DNA of 64,000 nucleotides, from assembly GCA_965153285.1 (NCBI GenBank), contig OZ229114.1, one strand, 5' to 3'. A program made the position numbers and the translations under genes. This document shows positions 1 to 13,590 of this stretch, in pieces. How positions within the stretch are numbered: position 1 is the stretch's first letter; each line of letters begins with the position of its first letter. This stretch comes from Podarcis tiliguerta. Its lineage: Eukaryota. The notes under the pieces were generated by a model, which saw only the letters and a program-made list of their open reading frames with translations, had not been told where the DNA came from and ran no database searches.

Positions 1-364
1 GTTCCAAATCTTGACTTTCTGTCCACCATACCTTTGTGACCTAAATTCCCAGGAGTGCTTTTGGAAGAATTCCTTATAGAAGTATGTGTGCGGGAAATGC
101 TCTGTCAGAATCTGCTGCATATGGATTCTTCGGGGAAGATTTGTGAGTGACTTCAAAAGTGAATCACTAATGTGATTAACTCCAGTGGATAAAAAACATT
201 AGCTCAAGCGGCTTATTGGATATTCTTCCAGAATGTGTAAGCTCAGGGTGAGGGCTACTCTATGTATTATGAACTCTAGGCAGAAGCTAATTGTGACATC
301 CTCCTCATGCTGATTATTCATACTGACTTTCACCATGCTAGTCTATTTCCAAGTCAATATTTCC

Positions 365-663
365 ACCAGATCTGGGGTCAGATCTGGCCCAATCACCTTC
401 TAAATCCGGCCCACAGACAGATTTAGAAATCAGCATGTTTTTACATAAGTAGAATGTGTCCTTTTATTTAAAATGCACCTCTGGGTTATTTGTGGGGCCT
501 GCCTGGTGTTTTACATGAGTACAATGTGTGCTTTTATTTAAAATGCATCTCTGGGTTATTTGTGGGGCATTCTTTTTTTTCCCTTTCAAAATATAGTCCG
601 CCATCCCACAAGGTCTGAGGGGCAGTGGACCAGTCCCCTGCTGAAAAAGTTTGCTGACCCCTG
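365..663 (+). mobile_element. 5'-truncated hAT-type MITE (same family as 61536-61765 and 62885-63132) with an internal ~70-bp tandem duplication
   Basis: Shares the core gtttttacat..agaatgtgtccttttatttaaaatgca.ctctgggttatttgtggggc (present twice here) and the right TIR tttgctgacccctg with the two full copies. The left TIR is missing. Confidence 0.85.
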
Positions 664-1970
664 TTCTAGTGGCTCCCCTTGCGATTTACAACCCTGCGCC
701 ATCGCGGTTCTAAATAGCAGAAGGAGCCTCCACACTAGTGCTGGTTCCACACTGCTGACTTTTGATGTCCAATGCATGGAGGCAGCAGGGTCAGGCTATC
801 AGATTGCGAGGGAGAGGGTAGGAGCAGCAAATGCAGCCTCACTCCCAACTTCACATACAGAAAATACATGAGAGGGAAATGCCTGAATAGGGCTATTGTG
901 AACCAGTTCAGAACTCTTGGGGGAATTTTAATTTTAATTTCTGTAGTATTCAGCAGTGACATTTGCAAGCTGCAACCTAATTATGGCTTGATATGAAAGG
1001 AATTAGCACATTGCTGCTTTCACTTGCTTTAACATTCTGAGATGCCTGACACAAAAAAAGAAACTTAGAATTCTCTGTCTTGCTCCATGTAGTTAACAGC
1101 TCTTTGATTGGGAGGATTTAAGTGGCTTGAGCAGAGCGGCAGTCTTCTTTACAGCACCTGCATGACTAACTCATAACAAATGGTAAAAAAAATAATCTAC
1201 TTTTCAGAAAACCTAATTTATCTCTCCGAGACCATCAAAATTGTCTCTGATGAGAGGGAGCTTCCCTGAGGACCCCTTTGCCTAGAATAGCAGATGAAAT
1301 AGATTGCTTAGAAATAAATTACAAATTTGTTTCAGCAGACCTGGGTTTACCTTACATAACTTAAAGGTACTTTGTAGTGAATATCTCAGGGAGTCTTGAA
1401 AACAAGAGACAAAATGCTATATCTTCCCTTTCACTCACTCTCTCACACATGTCAGAGGACCTTCTCTGGAGGGGATGAATTAGGGCGACCACCTTGAACC
1501 TGCACTTTGAGGTACCATTTCCTGGCACTGGGGGCCCCACTGCCTGGCCAGCACTGCCACTCCCCGTGAGGCTCAGCAGCTCTCACCTTCTTGGAGACAA
1601 GGAGAAGATCAAGTTGGAGGGCTTCTAATACTGAAGTGTCAGTAAAGGGAAAATGTCAGCCAGGAGCTGACAAAGACCACCGCTCCTAAAGTGGCAACAA
1701 AGAAAACAACAATATGTCAGCTGGGAAGGAGGAAGGGGCATTGCCACTACTGCCATGAAGAAGAGGGATGGCAGAGGTGTGGGGCATTGAAGGCAATGGG
1801 GGCCCCACATACTTGCATCTCCCTTGGGTATAACCTGCATACATTCACCAAGTTAGCTGCCTGTTGACCTAACCCAGTTCTAGTCTGAGTAATGCAGGGA
1901 ACAGCTATATGTGTAACAGCTATATTCTAAGGTTATTTCCAGATGACCTGTTCACTGAACAATCATCCTG

Positions 1971-2576
1971 TGTCATGGAGCTGGTAGGACGATGGGGAGG
2001 AGAGAGAAGATCCCAGTGAGGGGTGTAGCCAGGACTGGGACACACTGAGACACACTGAGATTGAGAAGGAAGTTCATGAGGGGATGATCCCCAGGCACAG
2101 GAACCAGAGTAGCAGGACCAATCACTTGAGCCAGAGGAGCCCCTGTCTCCACAAACACGGTGGACTCTGAGGTGTAGGGAGCACCGGAATTAGCACTCTA
2201 GGAGGCTGAGGCAGGCAAGGGCCCACAGGTGGGGCTCGCTAGCTCTGGTAGGAGGGGTATGATTCCTCAGCTGGAGTAGGCTTGGAACAGGTGAGGGTCA
2301 CCTGCCTCATCAAGCTCAGATGCTGCAATCTGCGGGCAAAATACAAAAGGGAAGTAGAGGTGAGGTGTTGTATCTGCTCAACTGCCAATGTTGGTAAACC
2401 TTGGCTTGGATGCTCTGGGACCATTATGGGACTGTGCTTCAGGTTTGACTCTGGACTATATCATGACTGCTAGATTTCAGACTTGGCTTGCATTTTCCTT
2501 TGGACTTTGCTTGAGTGGATTGACCTCCAGACTTGGCATGTCGGCTTGTCACCAGGTAGGCTGGGGGTTCAGGACA
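1971..2576 (+). mobile_element. Solo LTR (probably Gypsy/ERV-like)
   Basis: TGTCATGGA...TTCAGGACA termini (TG..CA, imperfect inverted ends); flanks cctg/tctg; purine-rich 5' half followed by (tggact)-type repeats; no coding part. Confidence 0.6.
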
Positions 2577-5500
2577 TCTGGAATAATTTGCAGGAAGATT
2601 AGCTGATGTTGGCTGCTTAATGAGAATTCTGATTTGTTTGTGAGGAGTTTAGACAACATTGCATCACAGCAAGTGTTATCACCCATTTCCCAATGCATTT
2701 CCCAATCATTTTTCTGATCCCCAAAAAAGTTTGATCTTCTGGGGAAGGGAGGTCTTGTGCAACAAACCCACAACCAACTTCAGTTGTAGATCTTGAATTT
2801 GCTGTTAAGCAATTGAATCCCACTCATAAATAAGGTCAATAGGGGCAATATGGAGCAAACTGAAAATACATTTCTTTCTAACTATAGCTCTGATTTACAA
2901 CAAAATCAGTTTCTCTTTCACAATCCAGCATGTTATCCACATCACAATTTCACTAATGTGAGTGTTACTAAGATATCAACAGAATGATGGAGAATTTGCA
3001 CTCGGAGTGGGTGCCCCCCTCCCACTGCAATAAGCAATGCTTATTACGATTAAATTAAAAATAATCTCTTTAATTCCAGAGGATTTAGCCATCTTGCTAA
3101 CTGCAAAACCAAAGTATTTACATTGCAAAAAGAAAGCCAGATATCTCTGTGGTACAAGTAGCAAACACCAGCCCAATCCTTGTATCAGACAACTGACAGC
3201 CAGTTAGTTTGGTGCTCATTTTACACTACCGGGTACATCAAGATCAAGGAGGGTCTCAGTCCCAATTGCAGCTAAATAAATAGACTGAACAAAGGAGTAG
3301 GAAAAAAACTTTATTTCTAGTTTTGACTCCCAGTTTTTAAAAGACCTACCAGAGATACACATACACAAATGCAAGCCGATTTTAGGTGCCCTTTGAAGAA
3401 AAGCTATAAAAGCTTCTCTCCTAGATGACTCAATGAAAATTATCTGCTTCTTAGCTTGATTTAGAGGATTGTTTCAGGCTTGCCCCAATTTTCTTAAGTA
3501 TTGAAAACTCCCCGCAGGTTTCATGGGTTACCACAAGCATCACAGGATTTCTGTAGCAAGCAGTTTAGGCCTTTCTCCTTTTCTTTGCCTGAACTCCAAA
3601 AGTGTCCATTTAGTGCTTTTCTTTTCACACAGAGGCACCACAGTGGCATTGCCTCCAACCAAGGGAGCATGGAAGAAGGCTTGCCCCCTCTGGAATAAAT
3701 CTCTAGCCATCTCTTTGGTTATGCGAAGATAAGTCATTACACCTATCAGTTCAGTTTTCCCAATGAAAGGGAAGGCTATCCTTGTCCCTCTCTAGCACTT
3801 TATTGTACAACCAGAATCACAGGTTGTGTAGGTTGGTCCACACGGGCAAAAGGGGCACCGCCCTGTTAAGTATTTGTTTAACTGTACACTGAAATGGAAA
3901 ATGACTATATGTGTATTGCTAAAGGGGCATGGGAAACTCCATTGAAGCTAAAAAGAGCTCTCTGGGTCCCTAACAGGTTGGTAAATAACTGTTGGTGTAT
4001 CTCTGCTGCTCTCTCACATGATGTTTAACTTTAGTTCATATGGGAGGGGTATTCAGTTGCAAAGCTCCATTTTGAGGAAGTTGTCTTTGTTCTTAGCCAC
4101 CGTAGTAGAAAGCTGTGCAAATGAGTCTCACCAAGAGAAAACAGCTCCAGGATGCAATGGAGGCTGTGGAGAGAGGCAGACTTTTGATTTCAGGTCTGTC
4201 TGGAGTAATTTTATATTTCTAAGAAGCTGGGCCTGTGCTTGGACAAGCATGTGATTTCATGCAACTATTTGGATGTAACATTATTTTGTGTGTGTGTCTT
4301 TTTGAAGACAGTTCTGTTAGTAAAGCTTTTAAACCATATTTATGGACTGGAAAATTTTCATTCTAAGAGCAGCCAGTTTTTATTCACCCTACTACTTCTA
4401 GTTGCATGATATTATGTGCATTATGCCCCACCAACCTGTGTGTCCTCACCTGTCTGCCAGTGGGTATCCCTGGCTGTGTCACCATCCTCCTTCTTAGTCT
4501 GTGTTGCACATGTAGAAGTCAGCAGGGAGGAAGATTGGGGGAGGGGCTAGAATTAGTTGGCTCTGCTTGTCATTGGCTCTGGCTCCCCCTGGTGTTGGTC
4601 TCCCTGTCTTCCACTTGACTAGTCCCAATGGACACCAGCCACCACTGGTCACAGTGCTGGAGGGGACCCTGAAACCCCATTTATTCCAATCCCAATCTCA
4701 TTGCAATGTTATCATTCCTGTTGCTGCAACAAAAAAGCTAAATAAAAACAATGTGCAAGACCTTTAAATATAAGCAAACAGTAACAGTAAAAAGAGATGA
4801 ATACTCGTAAATTTCTGCAAAATGATTAAAAAAAATATCATTGTTGTGATCATCCCATGGCACTCTCATGTTGGATGAATTCTTAATGCTAACAAACCAG
4901 CAGATTATTTGTTTCATCTAAACAAAATCACATTTTTTTAATGGTCCCCAGTCTTTCTCTGAAACAAACAATGGGAAGCAAGAGATTATGCTTACGCTGA
5001 GGTAATTTCGAATATCAAATTAATTTGGCATTTCATACTGCAAATGCTCTGTGTGCACTGAAAACATTAATGCAATCAAATCTTCTATTGTCACTGGAGA
5101 ACAATTTTGGTTCTTCTGCTCATTAATATTTCAGCTGGGTTTTAATGTAAAATTATGATATTTTCATAGACAATAGTTAGAGAAAGCAGGAAAGAAAGAC
5201 AGTGAATATTAAGCAGGAGGAACAAGTCCGTCCCAGTTCTGAAAGTGGGATTTAGATCATTGGGACTCTCATAAAAATAACTACTTAAAAGGGTAGTTAT
5301 GTAGGGAAGTAATCATCTGTAACCTCAAACTACAGGAAAGTGGAGGTTATAACTGACCACTCTACTCACACTGGCAAGACTGGAACCATGGGCAGGATTC
5401 ATCTCATGAGTCCCATCAGCTGAAGCCCTGCACAAAGACTTCTGTTTGTGCACTAGGGTTACCCCCCCCATGAAATTGACTTGGGGGAGCTGGGAAAACC

Positions 5501-5987
5501 CCCATAATATGGGGAGAGAAAAGGGGGATTATTCTATGTGCCAAGCTAAAATGCTCCCACTGAGGGAATGACCAGAAGAGCGTGATCGTGAATTCATCCC
5601 AGTCTTTCTCAGGCTTGCATCTATCTATTATAGGCAAATACATCAGTGTTAATTTTATCTTGTCTCTTCTTCAGCATGTCATTTCTCCTACAAAATATCT
5701 CAATAAATAACATATTGCAGTTGTCGTTAGCATCTGTCTGTCTTGAGAGACAATGGGGGGCACTTCCAGAGGCAAAGTCAACCACTGTGTAGCAGCACTT
5801 AAGTGACCTCCCCAGGGCAGAAGCTTGGGCAGTGTGTATGGAGGTCCTGGACTGCCCAGACAACAAGCCCCCTCACTGATGTTGTCCAAAGGAAAGCAGA
5901 GCAATACATTCCACACCAGTTTGGCTTCAGGAATTGCCAGAACGAGGAATACAAAGTGCTATCCAATCATTTTATGGATTCCACTCT

Positions 5988-6244
5988 GGAGAGCCAGCGT
6001 GGTGTAGTGGTTAATAGCGGTGGACTCGTAATCTGGTGAACCGGGTTCATGTCACCGCTTCTCCACATGCAGCTGCTGGGTGACCTTGGGCCAGTCACAC
6101 TTCTTTGAAGTCTCTCAGCTCCACTCACCTCACAGAGTGTTGGTTGTGGGGGAGGAAGGGAAAGGAGAACGTTGGCCGCTTTGAGACTCTTTCAGGTAGT
6201 GATAAAGTGGGATATCAAATCCAAACTCTTCTTCTTCTCTTCTA
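5988..6244 (+). mobile_element. tRNA-derived SINE (Squam3/MIR-like)
   Basis: A box tggtgtagtggtt, B box gggttcatgtc, core gggtgaccttgggccagtcac, LINE-derived 3' part and (CTT)n tail. Confidence 0.85.
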
Positions 6245-6777
6245 CTCATTTGCTATGCCCACGTCATCTCTTCCATTCTTCAGCAGTTTGCCACTCATTT
6301 GTTACTCAGCTCTATTTACCTTCAGAGCTCATTTTAAAAACCCCAAAAAACTGGTTTCCTGTACACTATTCAAGATGATGTCATACATTTAAAAGATTGC
6401 TTTTAATATGATATTTTTACACAAAGGCACACCTGAATGTTAACAATTGTTCCTCTGTGTCTTGGTGATACAAGTATGGAAAACAATTTCCTTTCAGAAA
6501 GATAGAATGCTTCTTTTGAAAAAGCTTTGTGGTAGGGGAAAAAAATATTTCTAATTACCAGCAAGTCTTCCAGTGCCATTGTTTGCTTATGTAACCCTAA
6601 CAGAATTGAGTGCAAGTAGAAAACCAATAGCAGAGCCTGGTCTTTGCTTATTAATTGTAAGGCACTGCAAGTCTCAGAGGAGGAGTCCCAACAGTCAGAC
6701 TACAGTGTCTTTTCTCCTGTGACACTGTGCTGATGGGGGAGCCACCCTCTGTCTGCCTACATAGGATTCATCTAAGG

Positions 6778-6913
6778 CAGGCATCCCTAACCTTCAGCCC
6801 TCCAGATGTTTTGGACTACAATTCCCATCATTCCTGACCACTGGTCCTATTAGCTAGGGATCATGGGAGTTGTAGGCCAAAACATCTGGAGGGCCGCAGG
6901 TTGGGGATGCCTG
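6778..6913. mobile_element. hAT MITE (ggactacaattcccatcat family)
   Basis: TIRs caggcatccctaacc / ggttggggatgcctg; perfect 8-bp TSD atctaagg; internally palindromic. Confidence 0.92.
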
Positions 6914-9287
6914 ATCTAAGGCTTTTGATGGTGCAGCTGTATTATAAGGATAGACTGCTGCAACATTCTGGCAGTTTTGTTGCACCACACTTAGTCCTGG
7001 GGGCTGAATGTCCTCCAGGCCTCCCTATCTGACCCTTAGGGTGGTCCCCAACCTCACGCCCTACTCCAACCCTGCTTGCATCACTGGGATGTGTCCTTGA
7101 ACTCTGATAATGCCATATCCCACAAGTGTCCCCGCCCAAAATGGTACATCCCATTTTTTTATCATGAGACAACAGTGAGACAGCAGTTATTGTAATCTCA
7201 AAGTTTGCCCAGAAGTGAACAGAGTCCTCAGACTGAAAAAGGTTCCCCACCCTTGCTGTTCCTGTACGCTGCTATGGCTTGCCACATTGCAGCTGATTCT
7301 ATTTACTTTTTGTCATGTACAGCACTCTCTGATTATATTAAGCACCATTAATCTACATTAATGAGCATATACTGTAGCACAAGTTGAAGGTTTTAATTTA
7401 TTTTTACTACGGCTTTTTTACCCTGCCTTGGGAAAAATTGGTTTTATGTCAGACAGCTGATAAATATGTAAAATAAATAAGTTCCTTGTTCCTATATAAT
7501 CAAAACTGATGCCATCTGTGGAAAATATCAAGGCTTTGTCCATGCACATTACCAATGGAATGTGTCCAATTATTGGGAGCAGAAAACATTGTGGTCTCTG
7601 AATTGGTTTGATCAGTGTTTATGGACAAGCTGTGTTTGAGGTAGTGTTGTGGTGAACCTCCACAACCATCATAAGCGCCCCCCTGCAAAATTAGCAAAAC
7701 CAAATTTAGTCATCGCAACCCCAAAAAGCAGAGAAATGCCACCCACCGTTAATTACCTAGGTATGCAGTGTCAAATTTGAAGGGAAACAGGCTTTTGCTA
7801 AAAATAGCCTGCCATTATTTATGTTGGCATTAAGTCCATGGAACACAATTTGAACCCTATCTTTGATAATGTGTTAGATCTACTGATTGAAGCTGCAATC
7901 CTAACCCTACATGCCCTGGAGCAGGACTGCACTGTAAATACTTAAAGCCTTGATATATAGACACACCTGAAATCCTTGAGCCATGGGAGAAAACCCAGCA
8001 AGAATTCCATTTAATTTGTGATACATCCTGTGCACATTTGTCTCGTTACCCCTGCAACTAGGCCTGTCTTCAGCACCCAATAACGCTTCCTAAAAGATTA
8101 TGAGTGATTAATTGGTGATGTTTGAAGTCCATTTAACTGCTTGGAGAAACTGTATGACTCATCTATTGTAAGGTAACTTCAAAGAAGGGAAATGTTTGTT
8201 TTAGAAAGCGGAAGTTTAACCAATTAGGGAAATAGGAACATTCTGCTCCTTCAGAAGATTCAGCCACAGTTACTGGCAAAAATGCAATTTACAAAGATCT
8301 TTAAAGGATAGGAAGAAAAATTTACATCCTTGTGTGGAAGTATCCATCCTCTGAAGCACAGTCTCAAAAACTCTGTCATTATATATGGATCTAAATTGCC
8401 AATTACCTTCATGGCATCTATTTAGTTAGGAAATAAATTGCCGTCTTTCCCACCCCAAGTATCATTTTCTTTATATTCTCTTTTTTTTTCTACTTTGGGG
8501 GGAAGAAAACCTCTATAAAGAAACTTCTTGACACATAATACAGCAGCTTTTCTAAATCCCTTAAAGATTTCACAAAGACCTGTTCAGTTAAACTTTATCT
8601 TTGTTCCAGCTCATCAGTTTTGCACTGTAATTGCAAGTTCTGTCCTAGAGAAGAAAAGTTAGGCCACCAGGTATTTTCTCTGTGCCTTGTTGGTTTATGC
8701 AGTAATATCATGCAGTCTGTTAGGAGAGATGCTGAAGTAATGAATCACGCTTTTCCTGAGTGTTCTTTACTAGTTCTGTTAGTGGTCCTTGCCTGGAAAA
8801 TGCTGAACACTGAACACAAGGAAGCCTTTTTCGGTCATCATAACTCCCTAGCCCCATTGTCATGAACTGTTGTGGGTTACTTTCCTAGTGGCACCTCTAC
8901 AATGCCATTTTCGTACTAAAATATTGCCCATAAAACTGCAGGGAAGTAAGCAAATGCCTTTTAGCTCCCTCACACAATCAACGTAAAGGGTCCTAGCATA
9001 GAAACCCTGCATATTTTAAAGAAATCGGTGTAGAAAAAAAGATAAAGGGAACACTTATTTTACCAACATAATCAGTGAGCATACTGATCTCAAGTGCTTG
9101 CTAGCCACAAACACCCCAGCTTCCCACCCTTCAACTGAAACTCAGAGAAACAGGTCATGTGCTAACTCTTCCCATGGGGACTTTTGAAACTGCATAAGCA
9201 GCTGTGGAGGCTATTGAGAAGAACAAGGCACACGTCGCCCATGACCACATCACAACAATAGGCAACAAAGATCAGTCTGGCACTCAC

Positions 9288-9305
9288 CAGAAGTATTAAT
9301 AAATT
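9288..9305 (-). other. Candidate 18-nt frame-preserving microexon
   Basis: Minus strand reads polypyrimidine tract ...gatgctttag|AATTTATTAATACTTCTG|gtgagt; about 55 nt free of AG upstream; TGC motif just before the acceptor. Confidence 0.3.
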
Positions 9306-10649
9306 CTAAAGCATCCCATGAAATAGGTAGAAAAGCAGAAGGGAAAGAAAATATTTGAGCAACTGAAGGACTGGTTTTAGCACAGCGCTACTGAAAAAGG
9401 GATGTCATTTTTTAAAAAAAGCTTAGTACCCTCAGTTTATTTTTTTAATGGCTGATCTTCAAAAATGGTTCACCGCTACTAAAACCAATTGCCTTCCATT
9501 TGCCATGAAGTGTTTGGCTTGTACAAAATTAACGAACTTAAGCAGAATCCCCATTAGACACTGCCTCTTTGTTGGCAATACCATCATCTTTTAAATTTAG
9601 TCTGAGTGTAGCTTGCTGAACCCACGCGCACACTCCCACAGTTTCCTAAGATTACTCTGATATCTGGTTCCCCTGTTAATCTTTCACACACTTCCCATTT
9701 TACTTTCTAAAAATATTGCCTTGGAGCAGCTGTTCAAAAATCCATCTTTGGAGTTGAGCAATTTTTAACCTAGCGAATTAGAACTATATATGACCAATGA
9801 TGGAACATGAACACAGCACAATTTCCCCAGTGTGCCAGATGGGCAAGGTTTATTTTTTTCTTATTAAAGAGTACAATAGACAGGATAGAGGTATTGGCTT
9901 TGGATGGGCATGAATCTCCACACCCTGTTTTCCTACCCTGCTACAGCATCCTGCACAAACTTTGTCCTTACTCTATATTTTATGCTGTTTCTCATTGCAC
10001 CTCATTGCCTTGGGCTCTGACCATTCCTCTACCTATACCAGCCTCAGTCAATAGTAGGTTTTCTGACACCTTAAATTGCTTTGACCACTCTCTGTTGTTG
10101 CTCCCTGTGTATGGATTTGTCTCTCCTGAACACGGATGCAGTACCACCACTATTCCCTCCTCAAAACCCAGCTTTCCAGATGGCTTTGCCTCTCAATCCT
10201 TATTTCCAGCTGTAACCAAACTTAAAGAACATGCATAAGCATTTGTCAATTTTCTTTCTTGCCTCCCCTTGACCCTCCCCACCCCTTTATTGCCTCATTC
10301 TCTATTTTAGATAGCAAGCTCTGCTGACATTGCTTGTGTATTCCTTTCAAGTGGCATATGCCATTCATGGCATGTTAGCAGTAATGAAAAGCTAGTTTCT
10401 AGCTAAGGTTTGCTGCTAATGCCAGCTGTTAAAAGATATTCACACTTGGATCAGCTGTTCACTTCTGTGCAGAGTGTTATGGGTGGTAATTACATACCTC
10501 TGTGCTAAGCCTATTAATATGTGACAGTCTTCTTAGTATGTCTTACGTGAAATCAGTGGCTTAAAAAGTGTCCCCCCCCCCAAAAAAAAACACCTCAATT
10601 TTTGTGTTTGTTAAGCTCTGGATGAGACATTTTAATGTGTGACCCTCTT

Positions 10650-11666
10650 TATATTCTCCTTTGGTGATCACTTGTAGCCAAGTAAGATTGTCTTCCATAA
10701 ACACAGTCTTAACAGTGAGTCCATAAGTGGCTGTGCAGGCCAATTCTGGATCCACATGTCCTTCCACAGTGGGGACTTAGGTTTCTGGGTGGTAATTGAT
10801 CATGCTGAGGGTTTGCCAAGTGTGCCTTCCTCTTAGCACATTTCTTGCTTTCATCCTGAGTTCGAGTGTCTTCAAAGCCCATGACACCTTTGGTAAAGGC
10901 TGTTATCCAATTGGAACACTCTCAGGCCAGTGTTTCACAGTTGTTGGTGTTTATCCTACTTTTTAAAAAGATTTGCCTTGAGAGAGTCTTTAAACCTCTT
11001 TCGTTGAGCACCAGCATTACACTTTCCATTTTTAAGTTCGGAATAGAATAGTTGCTTTGGAAGACGATAATCAGGCATCCACACAACATGACCAGTCCAG
11101 CGAAGTTGTTGTTAAAGAATCATTGCATAGACACTGGTGATCTTTGCTTCTTCCAGTACTCTGGCATTAATTCGCCTTCTTCCCAAGTGATATGTAGAAT
11201 TTTTCAGGGACATCTTTGATGGAATCTTTCAAGGAGGTGGAGATGGCATTTATAAGTGGTCCATGTTTCACAAGTGTACAGTAAGGTTGGTAGTACAATA
11301 ACTTTGTAAACAAGCATTTTGGTTTCCCTGTGAATGTCCTGGTCCTCAAACACTCTGCACTTCAATCGGGAAAAAGCTGCACTTGCAGAACTCAGATAAT
11401 GCTGGATTTTGGCATAAATGTCGACCCTTGTGGAAAGATAACTGCCCAAATAGGAAAACTGATTGACACTTTCCAACATTACACCATTGAGTGTAATTAC
11501 AACTGCAGAGGGGTTGTTTTGTTCTTCTTGATGCAGCACTTTGGTTTTTTGGATGTTGAGCTATAGGCCAAGCTTTTTGTAAGCCTCTGAGAAGATATTT
11601 AAGATGGTTTGGAGGTCATCCTCTGAGTGTGCACACACTATGTTGTCATCAGCATATTGAAGCTCA
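10650..11666 (-). mobile_element. 5'-truncated RTE-clade LINE (degenerate RT C-terminal half and C2H2-like tail)
   Basis: ELQYADDNIVCAHSEDDLQ..., FSYLGSYLS...SAAFSRLKCRVF...TKMLVYKVIVLPTLLYTCETWT...ERFHQRC, and terminal PHCGRTCGSRIGLHSHLWTHC*; frameshifted. Confidence 0.93.
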
Positions 11667-12949
11667 TCGGCATCCAGTGTTGGTACATAAGCACTTAATA
11701 GATCTCTGTATAGCATATCTGAGTATGCATTTAACACCCCCATGTCTATTTTTCATGTATTAAGAATGGACAATGCTTGGGCAGGGGTGGGATGGTCAGA
11801 CAACAAGCTGTTGTGTAATTACTCATTCACACTCAAATATCTGCTTGTAAAAACTCCTGCAACCTTTGGAAGCAAAGGAAGTAGACACTCACAGGACTCT
11901 ATCGAAAATTTTGGCATGTGTATTATTTAGTAGCCACTCTCAGCCTAAGAGCTGGTGTCGAAGGTGTTGTGTTCCCTTGTATCAGTCTCTTGAAAATAAC
12001 AGGCCCTGAAGCTTGATACGAAAGGAGGGCAATACTAAGTGATCACAAATCAAACTTACCTCCCCCTCATCCTGCGCTTCAGATAACTTTCCAATATTGT
12101 CTCCTCCAATCTGAATTCAGCTATCACTTCCCACACTGAGATTCTTGCTAATGAAAATGCCTTTCAACAGTCTGCTATAAATGGGAACTCCCATTTGAAA
12201 GAGTTTTAAAATGAGAGAATAGAGTATTTTCCTCATCTGCTTCTCATTTGTTCATTTTGCTTCACTGGGCACATAAGCCATATACATCCACCTACCTACC
12301 CTCCCCAAAGTAAAATGGATTACATAAGTGCAACTGATAGGTATGGATGCTTCAGGCAAAGAGATGGAAGTGATAATTATCCCTGAAGCCATTAAACCCA
12401 ACATGAAATAGCAGTGTTTGAAATGTATTGACATCTGTGACAGAATACAGTAACAATAAGCCACCCAATGTCCCAAGGATACAGGCTTACTCCCCATTCA
12501 GAAAAGGAAAAAGAAATGATTTGTATTAATTATGTATGCTCCAATTGCATGGGCAACAGAGCCAGCAATTCTGGGATGGGAGTTTATATCATAACTGAGT
12601 AGCAGCACAGAAATCGGTTGTTTGGCACCAAGTCAAGTACTCATAGAAAAGTGAGAGAAAACTGGCACACCGGTAATTTTAGATTGATTAGTCTAATCTT
12701 CCAAAGCAGTAGCCTGAAGTATACCAATGGGTGAGCTAAGTTTGAATATACGATTCTGGACATGAAGGGGGGAGCTTATTTACATTAAGTTGACCAAACT
12801 TAAAACATGGTGATAACTTTAATCTATCTAGCTTAGTTTTATCTATTGACTGGCCATGACTCTCCAGGTTCCCCCCTCCCCACCCCAACCATGCATAGCA
12901 GATGCTCTACTACTGAGCTGGGCATATGGCTGATGCATTCTTACTCTCT

Positions 12950-13590
12950 CTCTTTAATAAATGTTTTTATTTATTGCTGGGACAAGGTACATGAAAGGAT
13001 TGGCAATAGCTACCATTTGAAACAAGCTCTATTTTTTAGTTGGTGTCACTGGGTGAGAGATACCGCCATGCCCTAGATACCTTGCAAGAACTATTGCTTA
13101 TGCCAGGATTTTCCAGTATGGTTTCTGAGCTGCATAGACCTCTCACTTTCAGGATGGATCTTGGCCAATCCAAAGAAGTGAACACAAATAAAATTAAAAT
13201 ATACCCTAATGTACATAAGGGCCAGATTGGCCTTCCCCTTCACTCAGTCACACATGTACCCAAGGAACCGGACAATATTGAGCTTGGTGGACCAATGGGG
13301 CAAACTCATTATACGGCTGCATCCCATGTTCCTATGCTATATGTCTATCATTGGAGAATTTGGATTGCCATTTTAAAGCTTGGGAAGGTTTGCTTCTACT
13401 TTCTTCCATATGTTCCAGAAGAATATGGTGCTCTTGATAGGATGACAAAACGGATGATCTCATTCCTAATTTTGATTTATCATATCAGTACCATTCCATC
13501 CAGTCAGGGCCAGGTTGAACTAGTCCTTCCAATTTTCAGGCAAATGGTAATGGTTTTGATCTGGCAAGCCTTTTTGTGAGGTTGTTATTT
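12950..13590 (-). mobile_element. Old L1-like LINE ORF2 C-terminal/3' fragment
   Basis: Minus-strand peptide remnants (HPIKSTIFFWNIWKK, GSLVH.., YWKI) and an aataaa/A-rich 3' end; heavily decayed. Confidence 0.4.

Noticed and set aside
5988-6065. tRNA gene
   Set aside because: The A/B boxes belong to a SINE head that continues into SINE core and tail; no intact cloverleaf.
7630-7680. let-7-like TGAGGTAGT in a small hairpin
   Set aside because: The match stops after 9 nt and the stem is too short for a pre-miRNA.
12060-12110. Minus-strand exon candidate with gtaagt donor (IGGDNIGKLSEAQDEGE); similar cases near 5.0 kb and 42.1 kb
   Set aside because: Weak acceptors, and the candidates do not chain into a consistent reading frame or known protein.
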